Origin: Azolla caroliniana
Taxonomy: Eukaryota; Plantae; Polypodiophyta
Direction of reading: 5' to 3'
DNA: 64,000 bases
Assembly: GCA_043228905.1 (NCBI GenBank)
Contig: JBHGNT010000005.1
Location: 17,298,001-17,362,000, forward strand
Part shown: positions 52,630-64,000 of the stretch, piece by piece
Layout: every line of letters starts with the position of its first letter
Numbering within the stretch: position 1 is the stretch's first letter
The notes under the pieces: generated by a model
What the model saw: the letters and a program-made list of their open reading frames with translations, nothing else
Database searches by the model: none
Told to the model about the DNA's origin: nothing
Translations under genes and position numbers: made by a program

Positions 52630-53575
52630 AATGGATACTCCGGTACTTAAAGGGCACCTCGAACATGTGTCTCCGATTCGGCCCCGGTAAACCTCAACTT
52701 GATGGTTTTACCGATTCGGACATGTCGGCTGATGTGGATACCAGCCGGTCTACATCCGGGTATGTAATGACATGCAGGGGGAGCTGTTTTGTGGTAGTCG
52801 AGGCTGCAGAAGACGGTTGCGTTGTCAACCACGGAAGTGGAGTACATGGCGGTTGTGGAAGCCGGCAAGGAAATACTATGGATGAAGGACTTCATTGGAG
52901 AGCTCGGTATCCGGCAAGATGAATACCGGCTCTATTGCGACAGTCAAAGTGCCATCTACCTTGCTAAGAACGCATCGTACCACTCCAGGACAAAGCACAT
53001 CCAGCGTAGGTATCACTGGATCCGGGAGCGAGTAGAAGATCGAGAGTTCGCATTGATGAAGATCCACACGGCCGAGAACGAGTCAGATATGCTGACCAAA
53101 GTGCTGATACCTGACAAGCTGGATTCATGTCGGAAGTGGATCGGACTAGTAAGACATCCCATGCCGAAGTGAAGGGGGAGTTTGTTAGGAAACAGGTCCC
53201 TTTGGATGGGAAGTGAAAAGAACAGTGATGATCCGGATGTGGAGTACCCGGCTACGGAAGACCCGGTGAGAACCGGATGACGAGTACCCGACAAGAGCCG
53301 GATGGTGAAGACCCGGTGAGAACTGGATGTGGAGTACCCGACAACGGAAGACCTGGTGAGAACCGGATGACGTGTGCCCGGAAAGTGCCAGATGATGCAG
53401 GCCCGATGAGGAGTGCTCACCGGATGAAGGGACATATTCGTAAATATGTTTCTGAGAGTCCATTGGGGCTATATTTGTAAATAGCCGAAAAGTCATATTA
53501 GTATAAATATGACTTAGGGCAAACTTAACATAGTTGTTGTCATTCTTGTTGGTGCAAGATTAGAGCGCAACAGTG

Positions 53576-53649
<74 letters not shown>

Positions 53650-54385
53650 AAGAGTTCGTATCTCTGTTGTAACCGCTGCCTGTGGCGAAGACAGTGAACA
53701 AGAGGTCGTTGCCTCTGTGTTCATCTATTGTATATTGTTACATAGTGATAGTTAGCAGTCAGTGGACTACCGTGGTTTTTCCCATGTTTGGGTTTTCCAC
53801 GTAAACATCCTGTGTACTCTTCTCTCCATTGTGTCGTGCATTCATTCCCTATTTTTTCTGTGTTTTTTTATTCTAAGCTCGATTGTGGCCGAGTGTTGTT
53901 CATCGGGAGCGTGTAGTTCCTGTCATTTAATGACCTATCGGTTCACACGTGAGTCAGGCTCCCCGATCCGGCTTCTCGATCCGGCTCTAGGTTCCGGATT
54001 GTTAACTCTTCGGGCCGGACAATGGCCTAACACAGGGTGTCTACGGGAGACACTTCACCAAAGGGTGTTACGGCAACCGGATTAGACTTCAACGCTTAAT
54101 CCGACTTAATTAAGTTACTTATTAGGATCGTCTTTCATAACACGCATAAGATATAACAATTAAGACAGAACGGCAATTAACACAGAGATAACAACGCTTA
54201 AGCTTTCATTAATTAACCGCTAACTATTACATTGTATTCGGGCCTTTAAATAGGTTTCCGGTTTGTATTACAAAACGGTGCCATCCGCACCTGTTCGGGA
54301 TCGGTCCGGATCCGGAACGGCATACCGTTTCCGGTTCGTCTGTCCACACTCATAGCTTAATTACAACCACATTCCTACTACTTAA

Positions 54386-57300
54386 TTAGCTCTCCGTTCC
54401 CCACTTTGGACTCCTTTGCCGGCTGGTAACACATGGCACGCCCGTGGGATAGTACCTTGTACGTCGAATCCACAACCGACCCTTGCTATTCTTCGTCCAA
54501 AATGTCCAGAATGTTTTGTTCGAGAGGCTCCAATGGTTCATCTGGAAGTGGTTGTTGTTGTTGTTGTTGTTGCTGCTCTGCTGCGGCGGGTCCGTTGGTG
54601 GTTGCTGCAGCTGCTCCTCCGATTGTGGCTCTGACACCGGCGTCTCCGTCGTTGCTCCCTGCGTCGTAGTGGTCTCCGGTTGACTGGTTCCCGGCTGGCC
54701 CTCAGCCGGCGACGGTTCCTCATCACTAAGGTTAACCGTTGCCGCTTCCCGTACTCGGGACCGCTCGTAGCTTTCAAACTGGATTTGAGCGTCCAGCCTA
54801 TCATCGTCCAACTGAGCTACGAGCTGCTTGAACTGCGCCAGCTGTTCATCTGCCAGGACTTGGAAGTCGTCGGCCAGCTCGTCCCGTATGGCGGCGAAGT
54901 CCTCGGAAGTCAACGTATAACAATCATCTCCTTCCTTCCGCCGGTTTGCCACATCCACCTGTAGCAACTGGAGTTCCGCCGCGTTTTGTGCCCACTTTGT
55001 CCACCATTTTACGGAGCTTTCATCAATCAAGTGTTTTGTCTGATTCAGCCATGCCCGGAGGATGGACTGAATCCGGCTCGTTCCCAATTGCGATTTGGTT
55101 TCCGCCGCTTGCTGTTCCTCCTTCAGTTGTTTGATGATTTTGACGTTGTCCTCCGCCTGCGCCTTGTAATGCGTCAATTGTCTTTGATATGTGCTTTGTA
55201 ATTTCTGCAATACTGTTGACGCTCTCTCTTTGTCTTCCTGCTGCTGCCTTTGGAGTTCCATCCGAACCTTCTCTGCCTCGTCCAAGCGTCTTGTATTTTC
55301 CGCCCGTTCGTCGGCGATCGCCGTCGCGGCCCGGTCAACTGCCTGCTGGAGCTTGGCCATCCGTTCTTTATGCTCCGTTTCCAGCCGTTTGTAGTCCTGG
55401 TGCAAGTGCTCAAAATCATCCGTCTTTTTCTTGAGCCGTGCGTTGATTTGACGACGGGCCCGGTCCTCGCGGTCCTTCTGCTGGCGGAGCTCTTCCTTTA
55501 ACCGTTCAATCTCTGTTTCCGCCGTTTTCCGCAGCTTGTCCTTTTCCTGCAGCACTTTGTCTTTCTCCTCCTTTATCCGGTCGTACGCTTGATGGCCTTT
55601 CCGGAGGCTCTCCTCTGCCCGGCGGAGGTTCTCAGTAGTCTTCTTTAATTCGGCTTCGGCCGCCATCTTCAATTCTCGTTCACGGCTCCTTAGCGCTTCT
55701 TGTGCGGAAAGTTCCTCTCTCAATTCCGCAAGCTCCTGAGCTTGCGCCGCATCTCTCGCCAGAACGGTTTCTGTTGCCAGGGTCTTATTGCTATGTACAG
55801 GTCGTTCCGTTTCTTTATTCTGTACACTTACCCGAGTCACCGGTGATTGGATCCGTATTTTGGCCATCTCTGTCGTGACCTGATCCAAGTCTTTTTCAAG
55901 GCACCGGATTCTGGACCGGGCCGTCTCTAGTTGTTCGGTTGTGACGAGCAACCGTTCGCTTTGCGCTCTTTCTTCCACCTCTATATACCCCACTGCTCCG
56001 GCTATCTGTTCGCCTATCCACCGGAGCCAGAGGCTACCGGTGCCTTGTTGTGCTTGCACGGAGGTTTGACAGATGGGCTCACTTGTAGAGGGGTGGTGCC
56101 TCCTGGTTGCGCCGAGTTGCAGTTCCATTTCTGCCCGTGGACCATCCTGCTATCCTAGTTCCCCTTGCACTTCTTCTTGGCTGACCGAGGGCTGCATTGA
56201 CCTTTCCGGCTCTGGTGGGATGGGACTCACCGGTGTTGCCGGTGGTGCCGGGGCTTCTGTTTCCGGTTCCTTCCTTGGCGTGGGAGTCTCAGTATGGGGA
56301 GCCGGTGTTCCCTCCGTCTGAGGGTCCGAACGTTTCCCGGTTGTCTCAACGGTCCTTGCCGACGACCGTCGCTGGAGGTGCTCCGTAGGCTCCTCTATTT
56401 CCTCCTCCTGAGCTCTGGCATTGAGTTTTGCCGCCAAGGGGTCCGCTTCTCGATTCACCGGTCGGCGGAGTGTGACCTTTACGGGCCATGCCGCTTCCGG
56501 CTGCCGCTTCCTGCTGCCGCCTGCTCTGCATCCGCCGCCTTTCCCTTAGTGGCCTTCGAGGCCAACAACTGTTGCCATTTGGAAGCCGTCCTTGGGGTGT
56601 CGTCCGACACTCTTCCTCGCTTCTTGGGCTGGACGGTCTGAACGGGTGGCACCAGCAAGGTGAGCCACTGCGTTACGACGTGCCATATCCTTCGTCCGTC
56701 TCGGCCTTCTTTGCTGTCTTTGCCTCTGATGATCTCGATCGCCGCACACAACCCGTCTGCGATCAATACCGGCCAATCCACCTTGATCCCTTCATAGGTG
56801 GCAATGATCATCCCTGCTCGGTTCTGCGGCATGACAGGGGGTCTAGGGTACACGTGGCCGTATTCATGGAGCACACGAGCAATTTCGCGGAACAGCATAT
56901 CTCCACCGCCCTGTGTCCGGTAGCCCTTGCTGGCTAGAGAGTACTCACCAAAATACATGATGAGTTGCTCCGGGGTTGGATTGTCGATTGTGAGTGTGCC
57001 TCCCTCCGGAAGGCCTGTTAACGCTCGAATCGCCTCTGCCGTTATGACCTCTGTATCGATTTCCTTGATCACTTTGTCGGCTTCTTTGTGTGGCGTTACT
57101 TCCATCATCATCAAGAAGCCCTCGAGCCCGTGTTGCTTCAGCCATGTCTTGGCGGCTTCCGACAACGTTTGCGGGTCCATCTCTGTGTCGGGGTCGGATT
57201 GCGGTGGCGAGGATGGATGGTGATGCGAGTGGGGTTGAGAAAGAGAGAGTTCAGAAGGCGGGGGTTCTCTGTGCGCAGGTTCTCGTCTGATGATCTTGCA

Positions 57301-57402
57301 GCGTCTTGGTGCTTCTGTGCTCCTGGGTTCGCGAAAGTAGAGGGTCTCTACGCGCAGTGGTTTTTGTTTGTGCATTCTGGCGCCTTTTTCGAGTGTGTGC
57401 AT
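54386..57402 (-). CDS. Extra sense ORF(s) of Gypsy G: plant-transposon-associated N-terminal domain, Pro/Glu-rich linker, long coiled coil
   Basis: ORFs 57402-56479, 56458-56150 and 56128-54386. The last two are in one frame, separated by a TAG, and the first joins by one frameshift near 56500, so these were probably a single ORF of ~950-1000 aa. Motifs ITAEAIRALTGLPEGG and GIKVDWPVLI, then an E/K/R/Q heptad-rich region. Confidence 0.7.
54434..54449 (+). promoter_or_regulatory. Second, antisense PBS-like site (TGGCACGCCCGTGGGA) where the PPT of G should be
   Basis: 2 nt from the LTR end (ggtaaca|ca|TGGCACGCCCGTGGGA). On the coding strand it reads TCCCACGGGCGTGCCA, like a mature tRNA-Arg 3' end. 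The same 16-mer occurs at 46853-46868. Confidence 0.75.
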
Positions 57403-57528
57403 GTCGCATACTTAAAATAGCATTATGTCCTGTGGTGGCGCTTTAAATGCCCACTACGTACCTTTTCGCTCCACGCTCTTTCATCCATTGATTCCTCGCT
57501 TTTTATTATTATTATTATTAGTGTGACG

Positions 57529-60500
57529 TCACTTGTCCATTGGTCCTCTTGGACCCTTACCGGCCTCATTCTCTCCGGTTCCCGGCTTGCCGTCTCTGTC
57601 GTCTTGGTGGTTGCCATCGGTCCTTTGCTCAAACGGGTTCTTAGGCATCGGTCCTCTATATGCCTTTAACCGGAATCCGTTGACCCATTTGCCTAGCACT
57701 TCGCCGGCAAGTGTCCCTACCTGGTAGGACCCATTATACTCCCGTGTTAGCCAATACGGTCCGGTCCATCTAAACCTTAGTTTACCCAGCATCTTGCCCA
57801 TCCGGGTTTGGAATACTAACACCGGTTTGCCGATTGCGAACATTTTTTCGTTACCTTTCCTGTGCCGGTCGACGAATGCTTTCCATCGCCGTTGCTCCAA
57901 TTCTAAATGTAGGATGCTGGCCAACCATTGTTCCTCGAGCTCACACAACGCTGTCAACCTTATTGTCTCCGACTCCTTCTCGTTCAGCCGTTCTCGTAGC
58001 TGGATCCGTAAGCTAGGTACTTGGAATTCTACCGGCATGACCGCCTCGAGTCCGAACGCCAACCGGAACGATGTTGTTCGGATGCTTGTTTTGTATGCCG
58101 TCCGGTATGCCCAAAGCGCGGTATGTAGCTTTGTGTCCCAATCCGTCCGGTTCTTGTTGACGATCTTCCGAAGGATATTCTGGAGCGTCTTGTTTGTTGA
58201 TTCCGCTAATCCGTTCGCCTGTGGATAGTAAGGTGTGCTTCGTTTGTGGACCACGGCATAGAAGGTCGTTAGGCTTTCCACTACTTGTCCGAGAAAGTGC
58301 CCCCCTTGGTCACTTATCAATTCAATGGGGCATCCGTAACAGCACCAGATGTACTCATATAGAAACTTTGCCGTTGACGCAGCGGTGTTATCCTGTAAAG
58401 CTTTGGCCTCCACCCATTTCGTGCAGTAATCCATAGCAACGATAACGTACCGATTACCCGTTCTCATTGCCGGTGGCTTGAACGGTCCTACAAAGTCCAG
58501 CCCCCACTTTTGGAATGGCTCGAGTGGTAGTACCGACTGGTGTGGCATACGAGCCTGCTCCGTTGGCTGGCCCATTCTCTGGCATAGGTCACATTCTTTT
58601 GCGTACCGTACCGCATCTCTTAATGTCGTTGGCCACCATAGGCCACTTTGCCATATTTTTCTGGCCATCGCATCTCTGGCATAGTGACCTCCGGCAACTC
58701 CGCAGTGGGCTTCCCTCAGTATCAGTTCCTTTTCATCGTTGCGCACCGCCCGTCTCCATATGCCGTCCGCACCCTTGTGGTACAGTGTGTCTTGCAGTAA
58801 GCAAAAATGTCGGCTTTGCACCGCCAGGCGTTTCCGTTCGTCCCGGTTCAGCTCTTCCGGAGGCAGTCCTGTGCTCAGAAACTGGTGCATATTTGTGAGC
58901 CACTTGTCTTCTTGGGCCACCGTCTCATCTGCTGTCGTCTCCGTAGTGACTCGAAACAGCTCCGCATCCGGAAACTCATCCGGTACTCCGTCACCCGTCT
59001 CTCCGGACTCCAATCGGCTTAAGTAATCCGCTACGGCATGCTGTATACCGGGTCGGTGGAATATTTCAAACTCGAACTCCTGTAACAATAAGGTCCACTG
59101 GGCCAATTTGCCGGTGAGTGACGCCTTGGACACCAGGTAAAGGAGTGCCGAATGATCTACATGGAAGGAAAACTTCCTTCCCAATAAATAGTGCTGAAAC
59201 TTTGTCACACTATAGATCATCCCTAGAGCTTCCCGTTCCGTGGTAGAGTAGTTTCATTCTGCTTGGGATAGCTTTCGGCTGGCATAGTACACTGGCCGGT
59301 ACCACTTCCGATTGCGATGTCGGAGGCGTCCACGAACACGTGAAATTCTTTACTCCAATCCAGAGGTTGTACTACCGGTGCCTGCGACAATAGTACCTTG
59401 AGGGCCTTATATGCCCTATCCTCAGTGTCGGTCCACTGGAATGGTGTCCGATGTACGGCGGCATGCAACGGTGTAGCCAGGTCGGCCAAGTATCGGAGCA
59501 TCCGGCTGTGCCACTGGATCTGGCCTAAGAACTGGTTTAATGCCTTTGCCGTTGCCGGCGCTGGTGCTTCTAATATGGCTTTCACTTTGTCCGGGTCGAC
59601 TGCAATACCTTCCTGGCTCACAATATGTCCTAATAAAGTTCCACTGGACACGCTAAATACACACTTTGCCGGATTCAAGCTTAGCCGGTATGCTCTACAC
59701 TTTTCTAGACAAAGACGAAGGTGCTGAAAATGGTCCTCCTCCCGGCTATAGACGGCGAAATCGTCAAGGAAAACCTGCATAAAAGTCGGTATATATTCAC
59801 CAAAGATTTCCATGATGATTCGTTGAAATGTTGCCGGTGCCGTTTTGAGTCCGAACATCATCACCACGGCCACAAACACCCCCCATTCGGTGACAAATGC
59901 CGTTTTCTCTTGGTCGTCGGGGTGCATTCGGATCTGATTATACCCGCTAAATCTGTCTAAGAAGCTATAGACCTCATGGCCGGCGACGACATCCAACACT
60001 CCATTTGTGAACGGAAGTGGAAACGCATCCGTTACCGTAGCCGCATTGAGTTTCCGGTAGTCCACGCAAACTCGAATTTTCCCGTTCTTCTCCGGTACGA
60101 CTACGATCGGGCTCAGCCATGTCGCTTTCTTTACCGGACGGATAAAGCCAACTCTTAGCAGTTTGTCGATTTCTTCCTTGACCTTAGCGGCATAATTGGG
60201 ATTCATCTGGTACCGTCTTTGTGCCACTGGTTTTGCGTCCTTGCTCAAGTGCACTTGATGTTGGTATAACTGAGGGTCGAGTCCTCGCATGTCTTCGTAT
60301 GACCAGGCGAATACGTCGCGAAATTCCGTGAGAAGTCTTATCATCGCCGTTTTGTCTCCGGACTTCATCTCCTTGGCGATGTGCACCGGTTTTGCTTCGT
60401 TCGTGGTGCCTAAATTCACCTCTTCCAGTTGCAATGCTTTTACGCGCTGTGAAACGGCCATTTCCCGTTCCAACGCTTCCTGCGCTTGCCGTAACTCCCG

Positions 60501-63276
60501 GATTGCGTCTTTATTCGGTTCTGCTTCCGCCTCTTCCGGTTGCGGTAAGTATGGTGCTACGGCTTCGGCAATGTCAATTTCGAAGAGGGGTATGATCTTC
60601 GGGTTTTCCTGCAGGTATTGAGCTTCTTCTTCGTCCGCTAACCCTTCTAGCATGTTGACGCATTCCGCATACAATGGTGTACATTCCTTGCCAGTGCTCG
60701 TCCTTGGCTGTGTTGGTACCCGTACCTTGGCTTTTCCTCGCCGGAAGGTAATTATATTTTTTCGCCAATTCTATTTGATATGTGCCGTTTTCAACCATAG
60801 CCGCCCCAGCAATAGCGGGTATGCGCCTTGTGCCTGTAATTGTAGCACTACGGCCGAGATGTGAAATGTATGCCCGCCGACGGTGACTTCTAATCTCCGT
60901 ATTAATCCTGTCGGCTGCACTGAGCTTGTATCGGCCATCCACAACCAGAACGGACACGGCTCCCACTCGTGGATTCCTAGGTCATCACACGTCCGGAGGC
61001 TTATTACATTTACCCCATAGCCTCCGTCTATAACTGTGCCGGGGAGTTCTTTCCCTTTTACAATGGCAGTGATTACCGGACTGCTGGTGTCTACCACTGT
61101 TGGTCCCTCCTCCGGATTCGAGAAGAGTACCGGTGCCGGTGATGGTTCTCCTGCCGTCATGGCCGTCTGCAGTCCTTCCGTGAATCTAGGCACGAGTTGT
61201 AGGAGTCTTCCTAGTGGTAACGTAACCTGGCATTCTTGCAACGCCTGCCATGTCTCGTTCTCGGAGTGACTGCCGCCGGCAAGCCCTGCGGTGTTCTCCT
61301 TTTGCTGCTGTAAGTCTGTGACATTCTGCTCGTTTCCTTTCTTTACCCATTCCGTTGCTTGTTTCCGGATGGTCTCATGTGTCTCCCATTCTTTGGCCAT
61401 GCCCTTCGACCTTGTCGTCACCTGCTGCAGGTCTGCCACCTCAGGGACTACACATATTTACCGCCGGTCGTTTTTCATAGCTCTTCACCGGGCATTGGTT
61501 ACTATAATGGCCTTCCTGTCGGCAGTAGTAGCAGTAGGCCTTCTGGGTATTGCTAGATTCGGCATTGTCTGTTGTACCCGGGGCAAGTCCTACGGTACGC
61601 GCGGGGTTTTGTACCGGTTGGCTACTTGGAGCTCCTTGTTCCGGATCCCGGGGGTAGCCGCCTTTTTTAAAATGCCATTTTTTGTTATAGCTCTTCTTAT
61701 TATGGTACTCTTGACGGGGTTGCCCGTTATATCTGCCCTATTCCTCCCGTTGCTGACAATATCCGGGGGAGTGCTCTCGGTCGTACTGTTCGTATCGTCT
61801 ATTGTAATCCTGGTACCGATCATGCCGGTCATAGTTATCCCTCCGATCACCGTACCAGACATCATTTTCCCGTCGATCGCCATACCGGACATCATTTTCC
61901 CGTCGCTCGCCATACCGGACATCCTGGGCCGGTCGGGCACGGTCCATTCGCCGCCAGTGTTCGTCTTCTTCATCCCGGCTGTTGCGTGGCTCAATTTGTC
62001 GGACGGGCGGTGCTTGCCGATTCAACAGATTATACTCGCACCTATCCGTCGTATGGCTCTTGGATTGACAGATTACACATTGCGTCCTCATAGTGCATTC
62101 TAGAGCCGAGTGTCCGGAATTCAAGCAGGTTGTGCACTGTATTGCTTGCCGAAACCGGAGGTCTTCATCGGACGGTAACGCCCGTTGAAGTGCTCCCAGT
62201 GTGAGCCAGGAGCTTGTCTTTTCCATCTCTCTCACCCGGTCAATGACTTGGTCGATGGTACTTGTGCGGAAGTCGATTACCGTGCAAACCGTGCGTAGGG
62301 GTTCTCGGAGCGCGTTTAGGAATATCGTCTGTAATTCCTCCTCCGGGGGTGTGCGGGCAAGCTAACTATGCATCCGTTGAAACCGGATGACAAATTGGGG
62401 AATGCTCTCCCCTGCCTCTTGCCGGATGGTATAAAATAAGCCTACCATTACGGTCTGGTCCACCTCCTTTTGAAAAAAATGCAAGAATTTAGCTTTTAAA
62501 TCTGCAAAGGTGTTGATGGTAGACGGGTCCTGCGTCCGGGGCCATCTTGCTGCCGGTCCCTCCAATGTGACGCCAAACTCTACTATCTTAGAGCATTCTT
62601 CTTCCTCCGGTGTCAATCGCTGGGACACATGGTTGGCTTCTCATGTCTGTTCAAAGGCGTGCACATGAGCTTCTGCGTCCGGATCATCTCTATACTTGGA
62701 GTACTGGAACGGCATGTCGTCGTCCGGTATTGGTGCGCGGGCTGGTAGTGTTGGTGCTCGTTCCGGAATTTTCTCCGGTGTCGGTGGTTTTTCTTCCTTT
62801 GGTGACGGAGGCCTCTCCTCTTCGGCTTTCGGTGTCGGAGGTTGTTCTTCCTCTGCTGGTTCCGGGGGTTCCAGCGTTAGCACTTCCGGTTCCGGTTCCG
62901 GTGTCGTTAAGGTATCTGATCCTTCGTCCTCCGGTCCGCCCGGGGTTTCGTTGCTGCTACAGTAGTTCATGTGCACGTTGTATTCCCCTTCGGAGTCCGA
63001 TTCATATGCTGAAAAGGCCTCTGCTTCGCCTTCTCCGTTTGCCAACGCGTGGAGAAGGGATTCGGTTTCCCGGAGGCTGCTTAGGCTGCTGCCGTCGTCC
63101 GGGTGCGATGTTTGCTGTAACCAGAGGGAGTCCTCTGCTACTCTCCGGATTACGTTGGAAAACGAGCGATCCGCTCTAATTTCTTGCGCCGCTTGCTAGA
63201 AAGCCTCGCGTCTCCTTTGCCTTTCGGCAAGGCGTAGAGTTCGATCTGTAACCAGGTCGTGCGTTGATCTAGACAT
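57529..63276 (-). pseudogene. gag-pol of Gypsy G (few stops/frameshifts)
   Basis: Gag from ATG 63276 with CCHC knuckles. Protease VIDGGYGVNVI; RT RVCVDYRKLN, FGLKTAPATFQ, VFLDDF; RNase H FVDASD, TEREAL, VDHSAL, ADYLSR; integrase H-H-C-C, WGLDFVGP, ISDQGGHF, YPQANGLAE, GPY motif. Confidence 0.93.
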
Positions 63277-63312
63277 CCATCCGTGCCGTCGTTCGCTGCA
63301 AAAACAGGAATC

Positions 63313-63322
63313 GTGGTCGCCA
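63313..63322 (-). promoter_or_regulatory. Primer-binding site of G (TGGCGACCAC, tRNA-Arg-type)
   Basis: 7 nt inside the 5' LTR end on the coding strand (aca|cagttttTGGCGACCACG). Arg assignment is from recalled plant tRNA 3' ends. Confidence 0.75.
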
Positions 63323-64000
63323 AAAACTGTGTTAACTCTTCGGGCCGGACAATGGCCTAACACAGGGTGTCTACGGGAGACACTTCACCAAAGGGTGTTA
63401 CGGCAACCGGATTAGACTTCAACGCTTAATCCGACTTAATTAAGTTACTTATTAGGATCATCTTTCATAACACGCGTAAGATATAACAATTAAGACAGAA
63501 CGACAATTAACACAGAGAGATAACAACGCTTAAGCTTTCATTAATTAACCGCTAACTATTACATTGTATTCGGGCCTTTAAATAGGTTTCCGGTTTGTAT
63601 TACAAAACGGTGCCATCCGCACCTGTTCGGGATCGGTCCGGATCCAGAACGGCATACCGTTTCCGGTTCGTCCGTCCACACTCATAGCTTAATTACAACC
63701 ACATTCCTACTACTTAATTAGCTCTCCGTTCCCCACTCTAGACTCCTTTGCCGGCCGGTAACACGGATACTATTTGGACACTGATCCGGCTCTGGCTTAT
63801 TCAGCCGATCCGGATCCGGTTGAGCTTGTTCGCTCAACACACACATACTCTCTCTCTCTCTCTCTCAGCAAATGCTACCATGACAATTAACAAACATATA
63901 GAAAGAGCTTTTTGAGAGCAAAATCAAATTTGAGTCTATACCAAAAGCTCATTAAGGGAGTTACATCAAGAACATAAAAATACGTCAGAAAAATCCATAT

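Larger units (their letters stand above)
44606..53925 (+). mobile_element. Full-length Copia element E with two LTRs, interrupted by two nested insertions
   Basis: LTRs 44606-45341 and 53183-53925 (TG...CA, with (GA)n and internal repeats). TSD cttaa/tttaa. PBS TGGTATCAGAGC 45345-45356; PPT gaagggggag 53171-53180. Gag from 45372, CFYCGKPGYF knuckle, WVVDSGASFH, integrase 49421-50357, RT LYVDDMLI, RNase H ending 53172. Several stops. Confidence 0.95.
54000..63763 (-). mobile_element. Full-length Ty3/Gypsy element G (no chromodomain seen) with an extra 3' ORF
   Basis: LTRs 54000-54431 and 63330-63763 (about 8 substitutions plus one 2-bp indel by eye). Perfect TSD cggat (53995-53999 / 63764-63768). 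Domain order gag-PR-RT-RH-INT. Confidence 0.96.
40860..63839 (-). mobile_element. Copia element D (outermost host): 5' LTR split into three pieces, gag-PR-INT-partial RT, 3'-truncated
   Basis: LTR pieces 63839-63769, 53999-53931 and 44605-44307. PBS TGGTATTAGAGC at 44306-44295. Decayed gag (YASW*YKMHQYL), VDSGASNHM, integrase ORF 42750-42028, RT ([10 protein letters not shown]; ILVYVYDL) ending at ~40870 against the hAT relic. Confidence 0.85.

Noticed and set aside
61440-61480. Programmed gag/pol frameshift at GAAAAAC in G
   Set aside because: A single-base indel restores a natural PAVNMV-PEVADL reading, and the element has other random frameshifts. Cannot be supported from one copy.
61291-62103. 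270-aa plus-strand ORF and other antisense ORFs over G, A and E
   Set aside because: Shadow frames of GC-rich retroelement coding sequence with no independent motifs.

Overview
Eukaryotic land-plant nuclear DNA: GT-AG introns, plant Copia/Gypsy/hAT families, and C>T decay at CG/CHG sites. A fern-like, repeat-rich genome is my guess and is not proven. Host genes are a 10-exon GONST1/2-type GDP-mannose transporter (28650-37766, +) and an intronless 294-aa tail-anchored ATI-like protein (8039-8923, +). The window opens with a 5'-truncated, spliced, prokaryote-type beta-class N4/N6 DNA methyltransferase gene (<1-1130) carrying one in-frame stop. The rest is mostly decayed Copia fragments, a hAT relic and a nested LTR cluster at 40.9-63.8 kb. 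Two observations stand out. (1) A full-length Gypsy element (54000-63763) and a non-autonomous LTR element (46315-49415) both lack a polypurine tract and instead carry inward-facing tRNA-Arg-complementary sites at BOTH internal ends, suggesting tRNA priming of both DNA strands. (2) The intron-containing amino-methyltransferase may be cargo of a DNA transposon. All alignments were done by eye; no database search was run.
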